Part shown: positions 11,651 through 22,973 of the stretch, in pieces
How positions within the stretch are numbered: the stretch's first letter is position 1
Layout: each line of letters starts with the position of its first letter
Assembly: GCA_028826165.1 (NCBI GenBank)
Contig: JAPDFW010000125.1
Span: forward strand, 62,001 to 126,000
Direction: 5' to 3'
DNA from: Anaeramoeba ignava BMAN
Lineage: Eukaryota > Protista > Anaeramoebae
DNA length: 64,000 bases
The notes under the pieces: generated by a model
Told to the model about the DNA's origin: nothing
Databases searched by the model: none
Seen by the model: only the letters and a program-made list of their open reading frames with translations
Position numbers and translations under genes: made by a program

Positions 11651-13608
11651 AATTAAATAATATTAATTTAATAATTATTAATAAAATTATTTAAAATAAT
11701 CTAAATAAATAAAATAAATTAAATTTTAAATTTATATTTAATTTTAAATAAATTTAATTTAATTAAAAATATTTTAATAAATAAATATAAATTAGTAAAA
11801 AATAAATTTAAAATAATCTAAATAAATAATATTAAATTAAATTTAATAAATTTATATTAATTTTGATTATTAAATATTTAAATTAAAAATAAAAAAAAAA
11901 AAAAAAATTAAATAAATTAAATTAAATAATAAAATAAAATTTATTTAAAAAATTAAATAATATAAATTAAATTTAATAATAAATTTATAATTAATATTTA
12001 ATTAAAAATAAAAATATATTTTAATAAATAAATATAAATAAAATTAAATAATATTAATTTAATAATTAATTAATAAATTTATTTAAAATAATCTAAATAA
12101 ATAATTTTAAATTAAATTTAATAAATTTATATTAATTTTTAATTATTAAATATTTAATTAAAAAATAAAAATATTTTAATAAATAAATATAAATAAAATT
12201 AAATAATATTAATTTAATAATTAATTAATAAATTTATTTAAAATAATCTAAATAAATAATATTAAATTAAATTTAATAAATTTATATTAATTTTTATTAT
12301 TAAATATTTAATTAAAAAATAAAAATATTTTAATAAATAAATATAAATTAAAATTAAATTAATTTAATAATTAATTAATAAACTTATTTAAAATAATCCA
12401 AATAAATAATATTAAATTAAATTTAATAAATTTATATTAATTTTAATTATTAAATAATATTAAAAATAAAAATAAATTAAAAAAAATAAAATTAAATAAT
12501 ATTAATTTAATAATTAATTAATAAATTTATTTTAAAAATAATCTAAATAAATTTAAATTAAATTTTTAAATTTATATTAATTTTAAAATTAAATATTAAA
12601 TTAAAAATAAAAATATTTTAATAAATAAATATAAATTAAAATTAAATAATATTAATTTTAAAATAATTAATAAATTTATTTAAAAATAATCTAAATAAAT
12701 AAATCTAAATTAAATTTAATAAATTTATATTAATTTTGATTATTAAATATTAATTAAAAAATAAAAATATTTTAATAAATAAATATAAATAAAATTAAAT
12801 AATATTAACTTAATAATTAATTAATAAATTTATTTAAAATAATCTAAATAAACAAATCTAAATTAAATTTAATAAATTTATATTAATTTTTATTATTAAA
12901 TATTAAATTAAAAAAATAAAAATATTTTAATAAATAAATATAAATAAAATTAAATAATATTAATTTAATAATTAATTAATAAATTTATTTAAAATAATCT
13001 AAATAAATAATTTTAAATTAAATTTAATAAATTTATATTAATTTTAATTATTAAATATTAAATTAAAAAATAAAAATATTTTAATAAATAAATTAAATAA
13101 TATTAATTTTAATAAATTAATAACTTATTTAAAATAATTCAAATAAATAAATCTAAATTAAATTTAATAAATTTATATTAATTTTGATTAAATATTAAAT
13201 TAAAAATAAAAAATTTATTTTAAAATAAATCTAAATAAAATAATTTATTAAATTTATTTAATAATTTAAAATAAAAATTAATTAAATTTTTAATTTTATT
13301 ATTAATTAGTAAAAATATTTTAATTAAAAAATAAAAATATTTTAATAAATAAATATAAATTAAATTAAAATAAATTAATATTAATTTAATAATTTAATTA
13401 ATAAATTTATTTAAAAATAAATTAAATAAATAATTTTAATTAAATAAAATTAAAAAAATTTATATTATTTTTATTATTAAATATTAAATTAAAAATAAAA
13501 ATATTTTAATAAATAAATTTATATTAAAAAATAAAATATTAATTTAATAATTAATAAATAAATATAAATTTAAAATAATAATAAATTTATTTAAAAATAA
13601 ATAATTTT
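11651..13608. repeat. Tandem array A2, same ~155-bp unit and orientation as A1, more degenerate at the ends
   Basis: 12020-12330 nearly matches A1 units; anchors near 12088, 12243, 12392, 12538, 12686, 12838 and 12994. Confidence 0.9.
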
Positions 13609-13650
13609 ATAAAATCATTTTTCATTTTTTTATAAATTTAAAAAAAGAAA

Positions 13651-14228
13651 ATGAATGAAGAAAACAAAAAAATATTAGTAAAAAAAATAAAGAAAATAAA
13701 ATCAATTAAAATCAAAATTAAAACAAAAAAATGAATTAATTTAATAAATAGATAACAGGAACAAACAAGGAATTAAAATTTGAATTTGGATATCAATTAG
13801 TTTCCAAAACAAAAAAATTTCAAATAATTCCAATATTTGCAAAAGAAATAACAGAAGAATTACAAGAATTAAATGAAGATTTTTTAATATTTTTAATTGA
13901 AATATCAGATTCATCAAGTTTTGAATTATTTTTACAACATTTATTAACTTTAAATATTAAAGAATTTATTGGTAAATCAAGTGTAGTTTTAATACAAACA
14001 AAAAATCAAGTTTCAAAAGCATTTCAAATAGAAGAATTAATTAGAATAACAAATTATTTTAGAATTCCTTTATTTCATATTAACGGTTTAAAAGAAAATT
14101 TAAATCAAAATTTAATTTTAGATCAAGAAGTTTTTTCACAATTAATTTCTTATATTGAAATTTGTTGTAAAATTTCTTCTTTTGATTTTTTTCTTTTTGA
14201 TTCAATTGGATTTGAATTTGAAAATTAA
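13651..14228 (+). CDS. CENPM: CENP-M-like kinetochore pseudo-GTPase, 167 aa, absent from the ORF track. Exons 13651-13677 and 13752-14228
   Basis: Spliced translation MNEENKKIL|ITGTNKELKFEFGYQLV...IFAKEI...DFLIFLIEISDSSSFELFLQHLLTLNIKEFIGKSSVVL...FQIEELIRITNYFRIPLFHI...SQLISYIEICC is colinear with human CENP-M as recalled (TILLVGT, HLAKSL, DLIVFVVNL, FFLGKV, YQSPLL, LQICA). Exon 2 is 158 sense codons plus TAA. Confidence 0.7.
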
Positions 14229-14348
14229 TTAAAAAAATAAATAAAAAATCAAATAAAAATTTTAATATAAAAGAAGTAAATTTTAAAAAAAAAATTTGAA
14301 ATTATTTAAATTAAAATAAAAATTAAAATAAAATTAAATTAAAATAAA

Positions 14349-14420
14349 TGGTCACTCGTATAATGGTTAGTACATTCGCTTCACACGCGAGAAATTTGGG
14401 TTCGATTCCCAAGTGACCAA
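14349..14420 (+). tRNA. tRNA-Val (anticodon CAC)
   Basis: Cloverleaf: acceptor TGGTCAC/GTGACCA, D arm GTAT..GTAC, anticodon arm TTCGC-TT CAC AC-GCGAG, T arm TTGGG-TTCGATT-CCCAA. Confidence 0.92.
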
Positions 14421-14504
14421 TTAATTTATTTTTTATTTTAAAAATTAAAATTGTTTTTATTTATTTTTTTTATTTAAATTTTTTGTTTTTGTTTTTGTTT
14501 TTTT

Positions 14505-17500
14505 TTAATTTTGAAATGAATTATATAAATTTTCTGAATCTGTTTGATTTGGAGCATCTAAATCTTTATAAGATTGAATTTCTCTATCAGGATGAAAAGG
14601 AGGGAAATTTTGTAAAAAAGCTGTTTGAAGGAAAAATTGTTCTTGTTGTTTTTCAATTTGTTGTCTTTTAGTTTTATTAGCCCAATCAATAGCATTTTCA
14701 AGATCATTAGCAGTAATTTTATTTTCATCATTAAAATAATTCAAGAAAAATTGTTTTTCTTCTGCTCTTTCAATCACTTTTGATTTTATTAAATCAGGAT
14801 GTTTAAATGCAATATGTTTCTTAACAAAATCAACTCCAACAAATTGTTTTTCGCAACTTCTACAACAATATCTATCATCATTGAGCTCAAGAATATATCT
14901 TCGAAAAAATTTTTTTTCTTGATGAGAAATTTGTTTTTTTGCTGTAAATTGATCTTCATCAATTTTTTGTTGAATTCTTTCTCTTAATTGTTTATCTAAT
15001 TGTTCTTCCCATTCAGTAAATTTTGGAGGATTTAAATTGAAATTTAAATTTAAATTTATATTTTGATTTGAATTTTGATTTAAATTTTGATTTATATTTT
15101 GATTTATATTTTCATTTGAATTTTCATTTGGATTTTCATTTTCATTTTGATTTTGAATGTAATTTTCATAATAACTTCGAATGTAATTTTCATTATAATT
15201 TTCTTTTTCTTTTTCTTCTTCATCAATTCCAAATTCATTTTTATTAATTTTTTTATGTGATTTTTTTTCTAAATCACTTGAATCTTCTGATTCATTATCA
15301 CTATTTTCTTCAATATTTTTAAAATCTTTTCGATCTTTTTTTTTAATAGAATTAGAAGGACTTGATTTGATTTCACCTTCTTCAATTCCATCTTCATCAA
15401 TAATATCAGGTTGAGGTATTTTATAAGTGAGTTGATTTGATAAATTAAAATTATCTAAAAAAAATTTTTTTAAATTTTAAAATTAATATTTTTTTTTACA
15501 ATCTTTTTATAAATTGATTTTTTTTACTTTGATTTAATGATTCATCTGTTTTCAATTTTTGTAATAAAACTTTTGGTGCTCGATGGAAAATTCCTACTCG
15601 AGATTCAAGTTCAGCTTCATCTTCAAAATCTTTACATGAATAATAACAAAAAGCATGAACTTTTCTTAAATAAAGAATTTGAATATCCAAAATATGAGAA
15701 AATAAATGATAAACAAGATCTTCTTTTTTTTCATCATTAAAATTAAAAGAATTAATAATTCTAATAACATTTCGAATATCTTTTGGATTAATATTTTTGA
15801 ATAAATTTTTTGGATTTTGATTTTGATTTTGATTTTTTTCTGAATTGAATAAAATCATGTGAATTTGTTCAAATTTTGCAAATATATAATTATATAAAGG
15901 ATTGTCATCTTGAGAGATTTCCTTTTCAGAATCAAGATGCTTCATAACTTGGATAATTTGCTTAATATCATGTTTGATTCTTGAAAGTAAAGAAAGTTGA
16001 GGAGGAGTAATATTTCTTTTTCTTGAACTTGGACGATGAGAATTTACTCTCAATTCGAAATCCTTCATTTTGTAATTTCTAAGAACTTGTAAAGCCTCTT
16101 GTTTCTTTTCTTCATTTTCATAGTCAACCCAAGCAAAACGAACCAATTTTCTGGTTAATTGAGGTTCTGAAATTACAAGATTTGTTAATCCTCCAATATG
16201 TCCAAAAACATCGAATAATTCCTCTCTTGAACAGTTGGGATGAATATTGCTTGCAAACACTCGATGTTCTCCTTTTTGCAATTCAATAAGTTCTGGTCGC
16301 CCCTCTTTGTCTAATATTGATCGATCTATTTCTTCTTGGCTTAATTGCAATTCGTGAGAAACATCATTGTAATTTCCGTTTTTTAATTCTTCACTGAAAA
16401 TTTTCAAATTTTTTAACGCGTTTATTTTTTTGCGTTGAATTCTTTTTCCAATTTCTATTGGCGAGTATTTTTCTTTAAACCAAGCTTCGTTTTTATGTTC
16501 TTTAAAAAAATTTTTTGCAGCTTCAGCAGATTTTTTGGAATCTGTTTTACTTCTTTTGGATAAAAATTCTTGTTCAATTTCTTCATTGACTTGCTGTTTC
16601 TCTTCAGTAATTCTTTTGTAACGAGGATATTCTTCGTATTTTCTTGGAGTATTATAATATCTATCATGCTTAACATAACGATCTGATGTGGGATATCTAT
16701 TGTAACGGTTGTAATTGTTATATCTGTTAAATCTTCCTCCTTGATATGATTTTTCGTGATGATATCTTCTGCCTCTATCGTATCGATCAGAATCTCTATA
16801 ACGAAATCTTGAATAATTATGAAAATCACGGAATTTATCATATCGTTTTGAATTTGGATGATTTTCATTCAAATTTTCATTTGCATGTTTATGTTCAATA
16901 TTATCATCTTCATCTTCATGACTTCTATCGTGATTTCTGTTGTAATTTCTGTTTTGATTTCGATTGCGATGTCTATGACGTTCATGTTCATGTTCATGTT
17001 CATGTTCATGTTCATGTTCATGATCACTTAAATCATCTTCATTATTTGATTCTTCGTTTGATTCATTTGATTCATTTTCATTTGATTCATTATCATTTGA
17101 TTCATTATCATTTGATTTGTTATCATTTGAATCATCTTCATTTGAATTATTATCATTTGAATCATTTTCATTTTCATTTTCATTTTCATTTGATAAAGAT
17201 GAATTGTCATCATTACTTTTTCTATCATCAATAACTTCTTCATTTATGTTTTTGAGCATTGGATTTTCTTCATAAGAAGGTAATTGAAGATCATGTTGTT
17301 GAGGGAAGTCTTGGAATTCCATTCTTCTTTTCCTTATACTTTTAGGTGATTGGTGAGTGATTAAAGAATCATTATTATATTGTTGGAAATTATGTTCTTC
17401 TTCTTGTTGATGATGATGAATATATGGCGGATCATCTGGTCGATAAATTTGTGGGTTTTGTTGAATCATTTCCATTTGGTTTTGTGGGTTAATTTCAACT

Positions 17501-18249
17501 TGATTTTGTCTCATTTCCATTTGTGAAGGTGAAACAGAATGTATATATTCTTGGTTATGTATTTGTTGTTGATATGAATATGGTTCCATTTGATTTCTTT
17601 CATTTGGATATTGATTTATATTAGAATTTTCTGGAATTTCATTATTTGCAAAAATATAATGTTCTTCAATATTTTGGTTATCAATATTTTGGTTATCAAT
17701 ATTTTGATTTTCAATATTTTGATTATCAATATTTTGATTATCAATATTTGGATTAAAATATTCTTGATTGAAATTTCTTGGATTATTTTGATTATTAATA
17801 TTATATTGATAATTTTGATTTTGATTTTGATTTTGATTTTGATTTTGAATTTGAATTTGTCTTTGATTTTGATTTAGATTTTGAATTTGAATTTGTCTTT
17901 GATTTTGATTTTGAATTTGATTTTGATTTTGATTTTGATTTTGAATTTGTCTTTCCATTCCAAAATGCTTTTTTTTCCAAAACTTTTTTGAATAAACATT
18001 TTCTTTATGACTCCATGAATTTTCTTGATATTGATTATTATTAATATTATTAATATTATTATTATAATTCCCATTTATTTGTTTTATATTTTCTTGAACT
18101 GGTAAATTTTGTGTTATTTTTTCATTTGGATTTTCTTGTGGATAATAAGTTTGATATGTTTGGTTTATTGTTTCTTCTTGTTTTAAATTTAATTCTTTGT
18201 ATTGATTGTTTTTTTCTGTGTTTGTTTGTATTTGATTTTTTGGATTCAT
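14505..18249 (-). CDS. SRRT: Serrate/Ars2 RNA-processing factor. Exons 18249-15528 and 15454-14505
   Basis: FFKEHKNEAWFKEKYSP; RRM; LDIQILYLRKVHAFCYYS. After intron 15527-15455 the frame gives the C2H2 finger YCCRSCEKQFVGVDFVKKHIAFKH and QFFLNYFND. Confidence 0.9.
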
Positions 18250-18699
18250 TTTTGTGTTTATTTATTTTATTTTATTATTTTTTTTAACGATAAAGTGTTA
18301 AAGAATTTAATTTATTTTAATTTTATTTATTTTTAAGAAATAGGAAATTAAATTAAAAAGAGAAAAATGCAAATTATTTTTATTTTAATTTTATAATTAA
18401 TTAATTAATAAAATTTAAAAATAATAAAAAAAGAAGAAAAATGAAAAAAAAAATTTTTAATTTTTTTTTTTTAAATTAAATTTTCTTTTTACTTTTTCTT
18501 TTATTTTTATTCTTTTCTTTCATTTAATTTTAATATAATAAAATTTTTTATAATTTAATTTTTGAAAAGAAAATAAAGAAAAAAAAAGCAAAATAAAGAA
18601 AAATAAATAAAACAATTAAAAAAAAATAAAAGAAAAATAAAAATAAAAACAAAAAAAAAATTTTTTTTATTTTTTTTTAATAAAAAGTAAAATTACTAA

Positions 18700-20265
18700 T
18701 TTTATTATTTAAATTATTAATTTATTTATAATTTATTTTTAAATTTAATTTTATTTAATTTTATAATTAAATATTTATTTAATTCTATTTAATTTTATTA
18801 TTAAAAATTTAATTAAATTTTATTACATTTTTTTATTTTAATTTTTAAATTTATTTTAATTTATTATTTATTTATAATTTATTTTTTAAATTTAATTTTA
18901 TTTTAATTTTATAATTAAATATTTATTTAATTCTATTTAATTTTATTATTAAAAATTTAATTAAATTTTAATTACATTTTTATTTTAATTTTTTAAATTT
19001 ATTTTAATTTATAATTTATTTTATAATTTATTTTTAAATTTAATTTTATTTAATTTTATAATTAAATATTTATTTAATTCTATTTAATTTTTATTATTAA
19101 AAATTTAATTAAATTTTATTACATTTTTATATTAATTTTTAAATTTATTTTAATTTATAATTTATTTATAATTTATTTTTAAATTTAATTTTATATTAAT
19201 TCTAAATTAAATATTTATTTAATTCTATTTAATTTTATTATTAAAAATTTAATTAAATTTTATTCCATTTTTATTTTTAATTTTTAAATTTATTTTAATT
19301 TATTATTTATTTATAATTTATTTTTAAATTTAATTTTTATATAATTTTATAATTAAATATTTATTTAAATCTATTTAATTTTATTATTAAAAATTTATTT
19401 AAATTTTATTCCATTTTTATATTAATTTTTAAATTTATTTTAATTTATTATTTATTTATAATTTATTTTTAAATTTAATTTTATTTAATTCTATAATTAA
19501 ATATTTATTTAATTCTATTTAATTTTATTATTAAAAATTTATTTAAATTTTATTCCATTTTTATTTTAATTTTTAAATTTATTTTATTTTTTATTATTTA
19601 TTTATAATTTATTTTTAAATTTAATTTTATTTAATTTTATAATTAAATATTAATTTAATTTTATTTAATTTTATTATTAAAAATTTAATTAAATTTTATT
19701 CCATTTTTATTTTAATTTTTAAATTTATTTTAAATTATTAATTTATTTTATAATTTATTTTTATATTTAATTTTATTTTAATTTTTATAATTAAATATTT
19801 ATTTAATTCTATTTAATTTTATTATTAAAAATTTAATTAAATTTTATTACATTTTTATATTAATTTTTAAATTTATTGTAATTTATTATTTATTTATAAT
19901 TTATTTTTAAATTTAATTTTATTTAATTTTATAATTAAATATTAATTTAATTCTATTTAATTTTATTATTAAAAATTTAATTAAATTTTATTCAATTTTT
20001 ATTTCAATTTTTAAATTTATTTTAATTTATTATTTATTTATAAATTATTTTTAAATTTAATTTTATTTAATTTTATAATTAAATATTTATTTAATTCTAC
20101 TTAATTTTATTATTAAAAATTTAATTAAATTTTATTCCATTTTTATATTAATTTTTAAATTTATTTTAATTTATAATTTATTTATAATTTATTTTTAAAT
20201 TTAATTTTATTTAATTTTATAATTAAATATTTATTTAATTCTATTTAATTTTATTATTAAAAATT
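18700..20265. repeat. Tandem array B, ~146-bp T-rich unit, ~11 copies
   Basis: Anchor TTCTATTTAATTTTATTATTAAAAATTT recurs from ~18783 to ~20239 at ~146-bp spacing. Confidence 0.9.
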
Positions 20266-20385
20266 TGAATAAAAAGAAAAAAAGATTTGATTTATTTGGA
20301 TTTGAAAAAATTTTTTAATTTCGTTTTTCAAAAGAAAAAAAAAGAATGAGAAAAAAAAAACGAAAAAAAAAAAGAAGAAAAGAAT

Positions 20386-22055
20386 TTAAATCTGTTGCCA
20401 GTCACCCATCACAGCATTTTTAATTGATCTAATGTATTGAGAAGGGACAAAATAGAACCAAATTACTGAATTTCCAGATCTATTCATTTTGAAACCTAAA
20501 ACACTATATCCTTCTTGTCCTGGAATTTTTTGACTTATTACTGATTGAATTGAATTTATCGAAATTTTTTTTGTTGAACTATATGATCCAACCCAAATTT
20601 GATCTTGATCAAATTTGAAAATTAATTGAACCTTTTTATAAAACAAAATCGGAAAAATTTTTTCAATTTAAAATTAAATTTAAAATTATGATTAAAATTA
20701 AAATTAAAATTTAAAATTTAAAATTATAATTATAATTAAAATTAAAATTAAAATTAGAATTAAAATTATAATTAATATCAAAATTAAAATTAATATTAAA
20801 ATTTAAAATTATAATTAAAATTAAAATTAAAATTAAAATAAAAATTAAAATAAAAATTAAAATTAATTTATAGAATTAAAATTAAAAGCAAAATTAAATT
20901 TAAAATTATGATTAAAATTAAAATTAATATCAAAATTAAAATTAAAATTAAAATTTAAAATTATAATTATAATTAAAATTAAAATTAAAATTAAAATCAT
21001 ATTTAAAATTAAAATTCCAATTAAAATTAAAATCAAAATCAAAATTAAAATTAAAATTAAAATTAAAATTAAAATCAAAATTTAAATTAAAATCAAAATT
21101 TAAATTAAAATTAAAATTAAAATTAAAATTAAAATTAAAATTATAATTATAATTAAAATTCATTTATAAAATTAAAATTAAAATTAAAATTAAAATTAAT
21201 ATTAAAATTAAAATTAAAAATAAAAATTAAAATTAAAATTAAAATTAAAATTAAAATTAAAATTAAAATTAAAAATTAAAATTATATTTAAAATTAAAAT
21301 TAAAATTAAAAATCAAAATTAAAATTAAAATTAAAATTAAAATTAAAATTAATATTAAAATTAAAATTAAAATTAAAATTAAAATTAAAATTAAAATTAA
21401 AATTAAAATTAAAATTAAAATTAAAATTAAAATTAAAATTAAAATTAAAATTAAAATTAAAATTAAAATTAATATCAAAATTAAAATTAAAATTAAAATT
21501 TAAAATTATAATTAAAATTAAAATTAAAATTAAAATTAAAATTAAAATTAAAATTAAAATTCAAATTAAAATTAAAATTTATATTGAAAATTAAATAACA
21601 ACCTTTTGACCATTTGAATCGAGAATATTTTTAATAGAATTTTGAGGGAGAGGATAACTCTTATTAGAAACACCAACTTCTGCATTTTGAGGAAGACCTT
21701 TTTGAAGGATTTTTTGATGAATTTCTTTTTCAATAAAAGATTCTTGATTTGAATCATCATCATTTTCAACAGGTTCTTCTTTTTCAATTGGTTTACTAGT
21801 TAAAGCTTGAGCAATTTCAACAAAAGTTGAACCCATTAAAAGTATTTTTGCTTTATTTTTAATTCCAACCGTTTCAAGTGTTTTTTTTGGTTCTTTTAAA
21901 TATTTTGATTTGAAAAATAGTTTTTGATTGTTTTTTGGAACTTTCGTTATTTCTTCAACTTTTTTTTGTAATTCTTCAATTGTTGTGTCTTTTTTTAATG
22001 TTAATGAAAAGTCATTTTTTTTATATCTTAAGTCAAATGTTAATTCTTCTGTCAT
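20386..22055 (-). CDS. UBFD1: Ubiquitin domain-containing protein UBFD1 (UBL + C-terminal PH-like domain). Exons 22055-21603 and 20631-20386
   Basis: N-terminal UBL. HQKILQKGLP...NGQK|VQLIFKFDQDQIWVG...WFYFVPSQYIRSIKNAVMGDWQ matches the UBFD1 C-domain as recalled (GKVRLTFKLEQDQLWIG...WVYWVPTQYVDAIKDTVLGKWQ). Confidence 0.9.
20670..21580. repeat. (AAAATT)n microsatellite filling the UBFD1 intron
   Basis: Read directly. Confidence 0.9.
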
Positions 22056-22394
22056 TTGTATTTGTATTTGTATTTGTATTTGTATTTATTTTTGTTTTGT
22101 TTTTGTTTTTTTTTTTTATTGTTTGTGAAAAAGGGATAAAAAAATAATGAAAAAAATGAAAAGGAAAAAAATGAAAAAATGAAAAAATGAAAAAATGAAA
22201 AGGAAAAAAATTTTGTTTTTGTTTTGTTTTTGTTTAAATGATCTTTCACCTTTCTCTTTTTTTTATGTTTTAAAAATGTTTAATTAAAAGGTTTTTCAAA
22301 AAAATAATAATAAAAAAGACACTTCATTTTTTTTTTCTTGTTAGATTATTTTTTTAAAAGAAACAAAATTTAAAAAAAAAACGGAAAAAAATTT

Positions 22395-22970
22395 TTGGAT
22401 TTTATATTTGATTTTGAATTTGATTTTGATTTTGATTTTGAATTTATATTTGATTTAGATTTTGATTTTGATTTTGATTTTCATTTTGATTTTATATTTG
22501 AATTTGATTTTGATTTTGATTTTGATTTTGATTTTGAATTTGAATTTGAATTTGAATTTGATTTTGATTTTGAATTTGAATTTGATTTTGAATTTGATTT
22601 TATATTTGAATTTGATTTTGATTTTGAATTTGATTTTGAATTTGATTTTGATTTTGATTTTGATTTTGATTTTGATTTTGAATTTTATAATTGATTTCAA
22701 TTTCATAATTGATTTTGATTTTGATTTTGATTTTGATTTGAATTTGATTTTTATATTTGATTTCAATTTCATAATTGATTTTGATTTTGATTTTGATTTT
22801 GAATTTGATTTTTGATTTTGATTTTGATTTTGATATTGATTTAGATTTTGATTTTGATTTTGATTTTGATTTTGATTTTGATTTTGAATTTGATTTTGAA
22901 TTTGATTTTGATTTTGAATTTAATTTTATAATTGATTTCAATTTCATAATTGATTTTGATTTTGATTTTA
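22395..22970. repeat. (GATTTT/GAATTT)n intergenic microsatellite
   Basis: Read directly. Confidence 0.9.
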
Positions 22971-22973
22971 ATT

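Noticed and set aside
6883-13608. CRISPR-like array
   Set aside because: Units repeat along their whole length; there are no unique spacers and no cas-like genes.
11651-14228. Functional link between the CENP-M-like gene and the adjacent satellite
   Set aside because: Kinetochore genes need not lie near centromeric DNA, so adjacency is not evidence.
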